DNA of 64,000 nucleotides, taken from Phoronis australis (lineage: Eukaryota; Animalia; Phoronida). The position numbers and the translations under genes are program-made. This document shows, piece by piece, positions 25,363 through 37,790 of the stretch; within the stretch, counting starts at the first letter, position 1; every line of letters starts with the position of its first letter. The notes under the pieces were generated by a model. It ran no database searches and had not been told where the DNA came from. It worked only from the letters and a program-made list of their open reading frames with translations. The DNA is taken from positions 380,995 through 444,994 of the forward strand of contig NMRA01000199.1 in assembly GCA_002633005.1 (NCBI GenBank), written 5' to 3'.

Positions 25363-26350
25363 TTTTTGGTTTTTGTGTTTCCACACATTTTCATGTGGGT
25401 ACATTTTGCCATCATCTCTGTCTGGACATCGAGCGTCCACAGCTGTATCTCCCAAACTCTTCACAAGATCTTGATGAGATTTGGCAGGTGTGTTCCTATG
25501 AAGCGGGCGACAAATGGCGTCAATATTTGGACTGATCTGACTACAGCTATGCCTCCCCTTATAACAGTTTTAGTTATTCACGATTGCCTCTCTATCTTCG
25601 TCATTCTTGGATGGAGTTTCATGGAATTTAGCATATAGGCTTTTATTATGAAAATGACAACGCCTTTACATTTTAGGAAATTTTTGATGATTCTGCAAAA
25701 CCTAGTGGATGTTCTTTCAGTTCTGGAGCTTGTTTTTTGGTGTCTGCCTTTCTATATACTAAACCGCTCGAAAGATGATGGAATTTGCAGTTGTGTTTCC
25801 GATGAGGAGACAGTAGTTGATGTTTATTTTCAGGCATGCTTGACTACTCTGTCACCTCTTAGTGGAGATTTTGTTTCATTGTTCATCCACGGTTGTATCT
25901 CCTTACACAACAGATGTGTTTCTATGGAGTTGGCAACAGATGACAATTTTCAGCCCAATCTGACCATTGGTGTGCCTCTAGTGGCAATTTTACTTTTATA
26001 TGTTTTCCTGTGTGTTTTTGGAAGTCATTGGAGGATTTTCATGAAACTTGGTAAATAGGTTTCTATGAAGGTGATGACAATGCCTTTCCATTTCTGCACA
26101 GGTTTGTGATATTGTGTGCCTTCTAGTGGGGATTTTTAGCAGTTTGGAAGTCCAATTTCGGCATCTGTTTTTTTATCTGTTAAACTACTTGGAGGATCAT
26201 TGTAAAAATTGGCAAGTATGTTTCTGATGAGAAGACCACTTCATACATTGGTATTCCGATATGTTCCACTAGTTTGGTGCCCCCAAGTGGTGTTTTTCTT
26301 TCCGCAGTTGAGTTCCCCATATTTTAGGCTGGGTGCGCGCATGTTTGGTT
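25363..26350 (-). mobile_element. Older, degenerate Helentron/HINE-like element (inverted relative of 39826-41137)
   Basis: The left end matches the reverse complement of ~40900-41137. Repeated gtgcc(t/c)..agtgg motifs occur at ~25973, ~26116 and ~26277. Confidence 0.6.
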
Positions 26351-26604
26351 TAACAATTTGTAATTGATACTTTTGTTCAACTATAATTGAAACTCGAACT
26401 ATAATAACCGAATATTGAGTAAAGTAAAAATTAAAAGAGGGTAATTTTTATTTGAAATACTAATTTATCTCTGTAGCCTACAGCACAATTTATTTTTTGG
26501 CCAAAATGTAAGTAAATTTCTCCACCAAAAGTAGCATGAATGTCATGTGGGTGGGTTTAGTCTTCTTCCTAACACAAGGCACTGCTTCATGGAGCAACAG
26601 GTCT

Positions 26605-27160
26605 AGCGCGAGCACATTACACTCGAGGGTGTCTTTTAAGGCGAACACCTTACTGTACTGAGTCTCATTACGGGAGCACCTTACACTCCTGAGGGTTAGT
26701 TAACGCGAACACCATTCTGCACTAAGTGTCATAACGGGAGCACCATGAGGTTTTTTTAGCGCGAGCACCTTACCTCCCCAGGTCAAATAGTGCGAGCAAT
26801 TTCCACACTGGATGTGTTTTAGGCGAGCACCTTACTGTACTGAGTGTCACTCTGAGGGTTATGTAACAAGAACACCATACTGTACTGAGTGTCATAACGG
26901 GAGCACCTTACACTCTGGGGTAGTTTTAACACGAGCACCTTACCGCACCAGGTCTCATAGCGCGAGCACCTTCTCTGGGTTTCCTTTTAAGCGAGCACCT
27001 TACTGTAGTGAGTCTCGTTACGAGAGCATCTTAGACTCTGAGAGTATTTTAACGCGAGCACCTTATCGCACCAGGTCTGGAAACACGAGCACCATACACT
27101 CTGAGGGTTAGTTAACGCGAACACCATACTGTAGTGAGCGTCATAACGGGAGTACTCTAC
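26605..27160 (-). repeat. ~31-32-bp minisatellite with GAGCACCTTAC core (inverted relative of the 21528 array)
   Basis: About 17 variable units; the reverse complement reads AAGGTGCTCCCGTTATGACAC... Confidence 0.88.
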
Positions 27161-28417
27161 GCCATGGGCGGCGCACCATAGGGGCTGGGGACCCACCTTT
27201 TTCAGTGTGCTGCGCTGCCTACGGTCTATGGTTGAGCCTTTTTTCCATATCTGAACGCAAACACACATTTGCATGGAAGCAAATAGGCGGTCAGTCTGAA
27301 TGGAAAAGATAGAACGCTACACAATATCCCACGTATTTTGAAATTAGTATGTATAGAGCCATGGTGTTGGTAATACCAATGAACTTTTATTTAAAACAAT
27401 AACTCATAGTGACTAACACGGCAAAAAGCGTTCATGAACCAAGACTTTGCCCACTCGTTTTCCCAGGCAAGAATGACATTCATAGACTTATTGATAATCG
27501 TTTTAATCAAGCGCACGTCACGAATGTAAAGTTGTTTCGGCAATACCTAAACAAGTACAGACCTTCTCACTGTAATCCACTGTATCTGCAATGTGCATAT
27601 CAATTAATACTATTTTGTACAATGGTGCTTTTAAGGCACAAAGACATAAAACCCTTTGTACATGGAAACAAAGAAATGTATCATTAAAGTTTTTCATATT
27701 TGCATACGAGATAACCTGCAGGTAGACTGCACTGACACAAGATAAGTAATATATATGACAGAAAAATGACCTTTATTAATGACCAAAAAACTTAAAATAT
27801 ACAACATACAATGAAATAACTAAGCAAGACGGCAAAATACCATCATCTAATGATAAAAACAGGCTCGACTAATGGATATCCATATTATACAACAATGAAT
27901 GTATAAAGTAAGAAAAACAGAAATACTATGTACTAACTTGGAGAAGCAACAAAAAGAAATACGATACAATACATCGGATACTACAAAATGCAATGTGGTA
28001 AACACCCTAGTAAAGTTTAACACAGTACCATGTGACATGACATTAAGTTTCATGAACATGCATGGGGCATCAAGAAATGCAAATAGATCGTGATCAAAGA
28101 GGGAAGAACATCATGGAAAGTTTATGTAAGTACAATACATTATAATTAGACTGCAATGTCATCAGCAAGAACCGAAGTTAAATGGGATGAAAAGTGGATA
28201 AAATAAATTAACCTCCTGGTACTCGCAGAAATGTTTTTATTAGAGATATGGTCAAAGAACAACTGCAAAAACAAGTTTGTTCACCAGAAAGGAAAATTGT
28301 GTTTTCCTCACAGTCAGAAAGTCAGCCATTGATTAGCTCAATATTATATAACAATGTAGATAAATGTGGGGTAGAAAAATGTTATCTATTAATATAAACC
28401 ACTTGAAGTAACTGCAA

Positions 28418-28486
<69 letters not shown>

Positions 28487-28520
28487 CGTGTGTGACCGCG
28501 TTTGTGTGTGTGTGTGTGTG
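28418..28520. repeat. (TG)n microsatellite
   Basis: Long perfect TG run with an interrupted tail. Confidence 0.98.
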
Positions 28521-29663
28521 CCAACTACTTTACAACACAATTAGCAAACACATATGGAACAATTTCACACGTTAGTTTTCACCACACATAGTCATAACAA
28601 GAGTGCATTTTTTCATATTGTTCTTGGAATGCTAAAGCACTGTAATCTAACACTAGTCCAGGGCTGCTTATTGGGATCATGGAAGTCTGGCAGAACCATG
28701 AAAACCGACAGGCTATTCCGTCTTGATGAACTTTGAAGTCACACCTGGAATACAAAAAAGCTACAACACCTTTGCGGAGAGTAGACTGAAAGAAGAAACA
28801 CTTTATGGTTTATGCTCCATATTGACTATACGAAACGTCAAGAAACATTCTCGAGACCATGATTGGCGAATAAAATGACATGCTGTGACAAGTCAACTTA
28901 TATAGAGCTTAGTCTCAACCAACAACCAACCATCACTGAATTCTTAAGTACATATCTTCACTAAGTAAGTAATTTGTCTAAATGAAAGGCAGGTTCATAC
29001 AATTTAAACAACTAAAACCAATGAAATAAATGTCAGAATGAAGATAAGAAAATAATGATATCATAATATATAATCTTATATCTATAACAGCACAATTATA
29101 TAAATTAAAAATACTTTCCTTCCATACAAGATTAAACATAAACCATTTCAAGAAGTCTGAAACTAGCCAAACTTTGAAGATGTGTAACAAATGTCTTCAA
29201 ATGAATTCTTGATTATTTTAAGAAATTTTAAAATACCAAATTCATACTTTATTGTAAAAATATGAGAACAAAGTGGTACAAACTGTTTATACATTAACAG
29301 AAATACATTTTTACCTTAGTAATCAATCACTTCGCTCCTTAGAGACATCAAGCTTGATGCCCTCACAGATAGGAATCACGTGACATCTTTCAATCTTCTT
29401 GTTAATCATTAATACGTCCATTACACCTACATAAAAAGTGAAGTGAATAAATAGCATCTGAAACTTAATGATTACAAGCTATAACTAAAACACATGGTAA
29501 TGGCATTTCACCTCCTTTCAATCAATTTTTGAACTTATAAGCTGAAAACAAGTTACATATATTCAAAATATCGGCAAAATACATTTAAGAAAAATGAGTT
29601 GAATCTAACAATTAAAAAGGCAGAATCTCAAGCTCAATACAAATAAGTCAGAAATGTGGGATT

Positions 29664-32600
29664 TAGTCCAGTCATTCTACGGATAACCCGGAAAATTGCA
29701 ACAGAAGGTTTTATGGCATAAATCGTATCCTTTCACACCCCTTAGTGGGAAAAAAAGTCTACCGGAATCGGAGTGGCGGAAGTTGTTTTTTCAAGATGGC
29801 GGACAAAATGGCCGCCAGATTTTCTGATGCTCACTATAACTCAAGAGTGGAATGTGATAGAGTAAAAATTCAAAACGGTTTACCTATGTTTTGTGGGTCA
29901 ACAAATCCATTTTCCAAGATGGCCGCCAAATCTACTTGAGTCGCACAACTTCGCACGAACAGATTAGTGTGTCTTCTTGCTTCAAACGTCGCATCATAGG
30001 TTTTCTGGGTCGACTAATCCATTGAGACTTATTGCATTTGCCACTAATGGTTACTTCCACCATTTCCCAGATGTGGTGACATCATCAGCCATTCTCCAAG
30101 ATGGCCTCCAAAACTATTTCGAATTGCACAACTTTGCACAAACAGAAGAGCGTCCTCTGCTTCAAACATTGTATCATAGGTTTTCTGGGTCGACTAATCC
30201 ATTTAGACTCATTGCGTTTGGCTCTAATGATTACTTCCACCATTTTCTAAGATGGCCACCACATCGTTGCTTCGTGTAGAAACTTCAGATTCCAGAGACA
30301 CGCCATATCCTGAGTTTTTTGGTTAGTACGTCCATTACAATAATTTTTGTCTGGCTCTTGATGATTATGACTACCATTTTCAAGATGGTTTAACGAATAT
30401 CTTATTTAGGTAAAAAGCATCATGTTTGCGTGGACTGAAGGATCATTCTTCTCCTGAAAAAATGTGCTGAATTGAAAATAACTCCCTGCAATAAATTTAG
30501 TGATCTACTATCCACACTGTCTGTGTCACTTCCAGTTAGTTGTAAATGCTAGTGAATCTATACACAATTAACCAGTATTTACTCAACTAATCTCTGTCAA
30601 CTGAGAATGAATTGCTGCAGCTATATATAAAACCACGGCATTCTCCACATGCTACCGAGTACGGCAATCCTAACTTGTTGCAAGTACATCTCTTGGAACT
30701 GCAGTTGGTCTTACACGAGCATCTCACAACTTTCAGCAGGTTCTCTGGTGCTGCTGACTGGTCCGTCGTCGTGGGAATGAATTTTCCACCTGCCAGCATC
30801 CATCCCCAATACAGCGAGTCTGGGCCACTGCCAGGGAAACTTGACTGCTCTTGCTCTTGATAATATGTCCTGGCAGCATGGAATTTAGCTACTGAAGAAA
30901 GTTGGTGATAATGACTGCATTTGGACTGTAGCTAGTCTGACACCTCATCCACAAATCGCCTGTATCGCAAGGCATCCAAATTTCCAGAGCCAGTACCGCC
31001 ATGAAGCACAGGTACAACTCTTACCAGCGTCAAATATATCTTGCTTCAGCTGCATGTGTCTAGTGAATACTCTTACTTGAGTTTTTGCAGAATTCTCGAT
31101 CACGTAGTTTCTTGAATGGGAGAGCCTTTGCTGTAACGTGTTGCAACCACCTATTGCATGCGCAAATGGCAAAACTACGCAAGTTTCGGCACCAAGAGAC
31201 TCTCCTCTTGCTTTGGTGCCTCTTGTCAAATTTCATGAACATTGGAATTTGCTGTGAAGTAGCATGGTAACGCAAAAGAACTAACAAGTCTGTATCGTCT
31301 GCAATAAGGGAAGTTGGACCTTGTGCTGCATTCTCTACTGCTGTTTCTACAATTAAAACATCTGCGTCACCTTGAGTTAGTACCACTGTGCAATCAGCAT
31401 TTCCTAGTAAACTTGACAAGAAGTGAATGAATCGTTGTTGGTTTTTGTTCTTTGCCAAAAATGTTCCTTTTTTACTTGATCACCATGTCACCATTGAAGT
31501 GAACTTCAGTTCCAACCACCCCACCCAGTCTTGGAACATGAGAGACATCTTTAGTTGATAGTCCATCTCAGTAACCATCAAAAACAACAGTAGGCCGGGT
31601 ACACTTGCTGATGTAACCCACATAAGCTCTACCAAATGACTGAAACGTTGCACCTCTAGGCCATGGAATACGATGAAGGAGAGAACCACCGTCGATTACA
31701 TGCATCGCCGTGTTTTCTGGAAATTGAAATCCTCAGGTAGTCCCCCACTGGACCAGAGTGCATCAGCTCATTTTGATTTATTAGCGACTCTGGGAAGACC
31801 AGATGTATCAAAAAGAGTAGGGGAACCAACACACAGCCCAAACTTCAAAAGGCTTCATGAACTTTTACTGTTGTCTTTTGCAGCTGTCAGGATTCGCTGA
31901 AATAGCAGTCGTGAATCCACTTGTGTAAAATTACTATTAGCAGCATGAATTGATTGACTTGTCATTGCCACAGCCTTGTCCTTCTTTCTGAATGTGAAGT
32001 CTTTCACACTTGACAACTCCATAGACAAGTGAACCGCCTTCCCCACTTCTCTGGCATTTTCGGCACTGAAGCATACACCTGCAGTCACACCAGTGGCGAT
32101 GTTTTGTAATGTTTCTCTTTAAAATGGGTTACTGTTGTGGAGGAACTCAACAAGGCTGCGGATGTCTTTGTCGTTACGCGACTGTCTTACCTGAGTACAT
32201 TCTTTATGATGCTGACTTGTTTCACAACTCAAGTTTGTCACAGTCTACATGGTACCATTTATACTTGAGGATGCCAACAAGGAAAGCAGCCACAGTGCAC
32301 TCTGTGTATCTCCCATTTCGCAACCTCTAGTTAATTTCCTGTTGTTTAAATACTTTTCATGAGCGTTTGTTCAATTACAAGATCATATCTCATTATGTTA
32401 TGACAAGCCTGCCCAGAATCTGTCACTTTGTCTTATGGTGTGTTGGCCGTAGACATCTGGATGGGTGTCTTTGAGTTGCTACGTCTGCTGCAAGTATATG
32501 TATGAAGATTTTGCATAAGAGTTGTGACCAGCAGCTGCAAAGTAAGGCAGCATTTCAGAAACTGTTTGTATACGAAGCTCCCAATCTGGCGTTATTTATG

Positions 32601-34544
32601 CTTTTAAAGAAGTCGAAGGATGTCAGTCATCTTCATATACTGCAGCCAAAGACTAATGATTCGACATTGCAAGGACAAGTCAAATTTATGTGCTTCGACT
32701 TTTTATGGATACCCACAAGACACTCCGACGAGCATACATCGTCGCACACAGACGTCATGCCAGCAATAAGATCATCATACCGCTTAAGACCAGCTCTCAA
32801 ATCATCATGAAGAATATCATTGGCCATTGATTCTTCTGACGAACTATACTCTGTCATTGCGAATTCTGAAGACCTATAATCTGATTCAGCCGTGTTTGAA
32901 TATACCAATGGCAGTAGGTCGGAAACCAGAAGTGAACTCTCGTGAGGGCCTTCTGCTGTAATCCAAAGTTTAGAATCGGAAGACACTGGCTGGGCATGGC
33001 ATGCCCCAGAGTATACATCCAGTTATGTGATCAGTTGGGATGTCTGGGATGTACAAGCATTGAACTGCTCCACCTCTTGGCATGGAATCTGTGTGTTCTG
33101 TGTTGGTGACATTCCGGACTCCTAGAATATCTGAAGAACCTGAATTTCTTTCTTCATAGGTTTTGGATTGGTGTTACTTGATCTGTCAATACTTGGAAGT
33201 GGGATGTTGAATGTTCTGGCTTTTATGATAGCATTCAGTGCTGAGTCTACCAAAATATGCCCACTGCTCTATCCACACTTTTTCCATTTAACATAAGGAT
33301 AACACTGTTCAATGCATGCACCGTCTCAAGAACTTCTTGAAGCCCTGTGCCTGACATTACATATCCAACACATCCCAGAAAGCTCATCTCAGTATGAAAT
33401 CTTCCAAGCCTGGCTAAGAACAAGTGACTGCAGATCACTGTCGTTTTATTTGCTGGCCCTAATATCCTCTAAAATCAGTTACCTATGTTCATCAAAAAGC
33501 ATACATATTAAGCAAATTGTGAGTTCTAACTATTAAAATTTAATTAATAACTTTTTGTAACACAATCCTATTTGCTTTTCATCAAATTCAGGTGAAATCA
33601 GCAGCCAAATTCTCAATACATGCCAGCAGCAGACGAAATCGATGGTTGGGAACAACTAATAATATCTCCAACAGCAGAGAAAAAGGCCACTTCCTGCCCA
33701 ATTTTATTAAGGGTTTGTGTAATGAATTAGACAATAACTCCACCAGAATAACATATTTTTCTAACAAATATTAATTTTGATACCTCAAATGAATATATTT
33801 TACAGAAAAATAATTGAGTTTGTGAACTTTAATATGAAAATTTAACTAAAGCCTTTTCTGAAAAACACACCAACTTTTATGTTATATAATCTAAAATGTG
33901 ATTAAAATTCCACATTTGGTATCGAAATCTTTAAAACAAATTATAGAAACAATCAACTCATTAACCCTGACTGTAGATTGTAAAATGTTTTTGTGTAAAT
34001 GCGTATCAGGTTACAAACAAAGTTTGCAGAACGTAAATGCGGTAAATTTGGGTTTGTGAATTGCCAGCCATTTTGTCAGCCATCTTGATTTTTTCTCGCA
34101 AACCAGTGACCAATTGTAAGGTCCAGATATTTCCAATTGTCTAACTTACAAAAGAATAAAACTTTTGCCATTTTCAGGACAAAATATAAAAATAAATCTT
34201 GCAACATGTACCAAATTGCCATTTCGGCCGCCATTTTGTCGGCCATATTGGTTTTATTTTACGGAAAATTGGCATCTTTTGATTGTTATGAAAAGTATAT
34301 AACCAATGACAAACTTTGGTGTTTTATTTTTAGTTGTTACATAAGAGTAATATGCCAGAAAACAGTAAACACCGGTTTTGTCGGCCATTTTTTCCGCCAT
34401 CTTAAAAAACCGACTTCCGCCACTCCGATTTCGGTAGATTTTTTTCTGACACCAAGGGATGTTTGAAGATGCCAAATATGCAAAAAACCTTCTGTTGCAA
34501 TTTTTCTAGGTTGGGCCCTCTGGAGCCCTAGAATGGCTGGACTA
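29664..34544 (-). mobile_element. Academ DNA transposon, both ends intact, transposase decayed
   Basis: Ends are ATT|TAGTCCAG...CTGGACTA|ATT (3-bp TSD), with long imperfect TIRs rich in AAAATGGCCGCC motifs. Minus-strand fragments RLGRFHTEMSFLGCVGYVMSGTGL, GDADVLIV..ADDTDLLVLL, LPFAHAIGGC and LLKVVRCSCKTNCSSKRCTC..ACGECRG are typical of the Academ protein. Many stops and frameshifts. Confidence 0.9.
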
Positions 34545-37204
34545 ATTAGAAAAGCAGACCAACGGTTGGTGCCAAGAACAATAAAGGGATATTGTGCCTG
34601 AAATAAATATTAATGGAGAAAAATGAAGATATTCCTTTAACTTTTAACATAGTGAAGGTTCAATGGATTACTGCTGCAGACATATTTCGAAAGAATTATT
34701 AAATAAAACATAACAAGCACACAACACAAAGGAAAAATCACGCATAATGTGTGTTAGACTGCTTACATATAAATACTTCACCTTAAAATAGTTATATTTA
34801 ACACTTTTAATATGAAGACATGTCATTAAAACAGAAAACTTGAATACTTGCAATTATCTTCAAATAACACTAACTCCCCTGAAACGTACGTGACCCAAAC
34901 ATCGCTTATCCCTGGATGGTACTCTCACACCTGTAACCCCAAAAACTGTCCCAGTGTCATCCCAGTAGTCCCTAGGCACCACCTGGACACAAGTTACCCC
35001 CTGAGTAGGCCCCTCATCACCCATTTCCCCTGGAATAGACCCCTCCCATCCCTATCCTCCCCATAGGTCACACCCACACCTTGAGTAGGGCCCTCATCAC
35101 CCCTTTCCTTATAGAATGGTCCTCTGCAGATGTCACAATGACCCCTCATCATCTTTGTCCTTATGGAACAGATGCCTCTAACTCATACCATCCCGACACC
35201 ACTTCCACACCCTGAGCACGCCAGCCATCTCCTCTGCCACCCAAGCCCCCTCCCTCCAATGTCATGTGTTGCGTCCCTCCCCACCACCAAGACTGGCCCT
35301 TGTGAGTCTGTTTCCCTGAGACAGACCCGTAACATGCTTACCCCTCCAGATGGTCCCACAATATCCTCATCCCTAATTAAACAGACCACCTCTACAGCAT
35401 CCATGGGCGAGTCCCCCTGAGACCTGAAAAGTAAGGTAAAAAGATAAATAACAAAGTACATTGGAAAAACAATATTCAAGAATTATGAAATAAATATTCA
35501 TGATCAACATAAATCCCAAATAGTATATAAATGATACGTGCGGCGCAAGCTCATTACCAGAGATGAAAATGCGACCAAGGTAGGCGATATAAGCTCGTAT
35601 ACTATGACATATGTAATTACAAGTAATGGATAGTGAATACAAAATCAGTAAAATAAAAAACAGTGATATCTAGTAAGATGGGTAATAAAGAAGCGCCAAC
35701 CACATGAAGGTATCAGAAAATGCCGAAATCAGGGAAGGTAGTGGGTGGGAAAACATGGATAAGTTTTAGGACGTACGTCAATGTGGTTGTCACAAAGAAG
35801 ATGAACTGAAACACGAGAATGGATAACAAAAAGGAAACCTAAAAACACGTGACCATCATCAGCCTATGATAGCCAAGAGCTGACCAAAGTGATAACAATA
35901 GTCCAATATGAAGGTTGGGAAAGCGACGTGAACATATAGTTCTGCGAAAACGAATTAGAGGACAAGTCCGAAATGAGGAAAAAGGGGGAAGGAGTACGAC
36001 GGGTCCATGTGTTCACAAAAATGTACTTAACAAGATAAATACCATACTACAAAAGCCGTATGTAGTTATATCTTCAAAATAAGTGATGTATCGGGTATAC
36101 CTTAGATTACATAGGACCCTAAAAGTGTCCAAATTTAGCTAACTTTGAAAATCATTTAAATGTTGGGCTAATTGCAGAGTTGTCCATAAGGTATTAGCTA
36201 ACATTAAAATGATCGAATGGGTTTTGCCATTTTGCAACTTTGCATTTTTTCCATTTACATGTCTGACTTTTTAGATTACCGTACAACAGTTTGACACAAC
36301 ACAAAACAAAACTGGAAACTGCTGGACAAAAAAATAAAAATCACAAAAACGCCTGATAAAGGAAACGAATATATCATCCAATACGATACACTGCATCCTT
36401 ACAGTCACACACAACACAAATGTATCATTAGGTGTGTTATCTAAAGTGACAGGCTACATTTGGCAGTGTTGTCATTGAGTCTGATTGTCACGGATTTTAC
36501 GGCCGGAGACATCAGGAACTTAGTGATGTGGCCAAGAACTGATATGGCTTAAGAACCAGTTTTACTTCACTGTGATGTGATGAATTCACCTTCAAATATC
36601 TGTATGATGTTTAATTTTCAATAAATACTTTTGAACAATTTGAGTTTTGAGAAATTTGTAATAGCTAACGATACAACTATATAACAAACTATGATCGTGA
36701 TTTTTCCATAATATAAAACTGTTGAAATTACAGACTGGTGGTGGTGCTTAATAGTTAAGTATCGCACTCTCTATTTTAATGGCATAAATATACACAATTA
36801 ATATCTAAGCTATATTTCAGCATCATCAAATTTAAACGAAACTCCACTATTGTATAAGAAAGTGACAAAGTTGCTTGATGTTGTAATCATTATTTGAAGT
36901 AACCTTGATATTATCCTTTCTCACACGATTTGAGCCAATCACATGAAGGTGCTGAAGAAGGTGCTCGAGACGAGTAGAGTAGATGAGGGCGAAGCCCTCA
37001 GACAGCTCCGCGAGGATCTCGCCTTCTGTCCTTGCTGTGGTTGGTGTGGACGTGGATCGAGGGCAGGACCTGGTAGGCCGGTGGTGGTAGAGGTGGTGTT
37101 CTTGATTTTCTTCTGGAGACGAGACGCTGGCTGGATGGCAACAGCGTTATTGACATCGTAGGTTTGAAGCCGGCTTGTTGGCAACAGCTATCATGCTACT
37201 GATT

Positions 37205-37400
37205 GGTTGTCTTTATACTGCCCCGTCGGGACATTTTTTCCGTTGTCTTTATACTGCCCCGACGCCCCTTCGGAACAGTTACTAGTAGCGCAGGGCCCGA
37301 ACCCTTAGTGCTCCGGTAAATGGTTGTCACGAAATTTGATTGTCTTTCTACTGCCCCGTCGCCCCTTCGGAACAGTTACCAGTAGCGCAGGGCCCGAACC
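37205..37400. repeat. Short direct-repeat cluster (3 x TTGTCTTT(A/C)TACTGCCCCG; 2 x ~40-bp extension)
   Basis: Visible repeats; CCCCTTCGGAACAGTTAC(T/C)AGTAGCGCAGGGCCCGAACC occurs twice. Confidence 0.85.
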
Positions 37401-37431
37401 TTCGACTCCAGTACGGTACACTTTTATACCT

Positions 37432-37790
37432 CACGTAATGGGTGGAAGACCGTCTCCTACCTTGTTGTTTTTACTAGTGCTGCACTGAGGAGTGGTGAGG
37501 AAAGTCCGCGGGGAGTCACCTTTTTCAGTCATGAAAATGTGCATTTGTGGAGGCTGTAGTAACAGCAACTTGACTGAGAACGTCTCTGTGTTCAAATTTC
37601 CGAAAGACGTGAAAGCTGCACAGAAATGGCATCGGTTTGTGCGCCGTAATAGGGTGTGGGATAGCCACAGGCGTCCTCAGCTTCTGATCGTCTCCAATTC
37701 ACTACTTGCACGAATTCGTCATTAAACTTTAAAACGAGGTTCTTTGTCCAAACTACAATGGTCCTGCATGTTTGGAACACGCACGGCACG
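37432..37790 (+). mobile_element. 5' part of THAP-bearing TIR transposon (same family as 7300-8125)
   Basis: Begins CACGTAATGGGTGGAAGACCGTCTCC. ORF MKMCICGGCSNSNLTENVSVFKFPKDVKAAQKWHRFVRR is a THAP N-terminal half. The right end was not identified. Confidence 0.75.

Noticed and set aside
21528-27160. The ~32-bp repeat arrays as CRISPR arrays
   Set aside because: The context is eukaryotic with no cas genes. The units are contiguous minisatellites with related spacers, not identical repeats separated by unique spacers.
28855-28940. Imperfect hairpin as a miRNA or H/ACA snoRNA
   Set aside because: No clear H or ACA boxes and no mature sequence I recognise; Infernal and small-RNA data would be needed.
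36939-37184. GC-rich ORFs as a histone or other known protein fragment
   Set aside because: No recognisable family motif in the frames I read; kept only as a possible non-coding exon.
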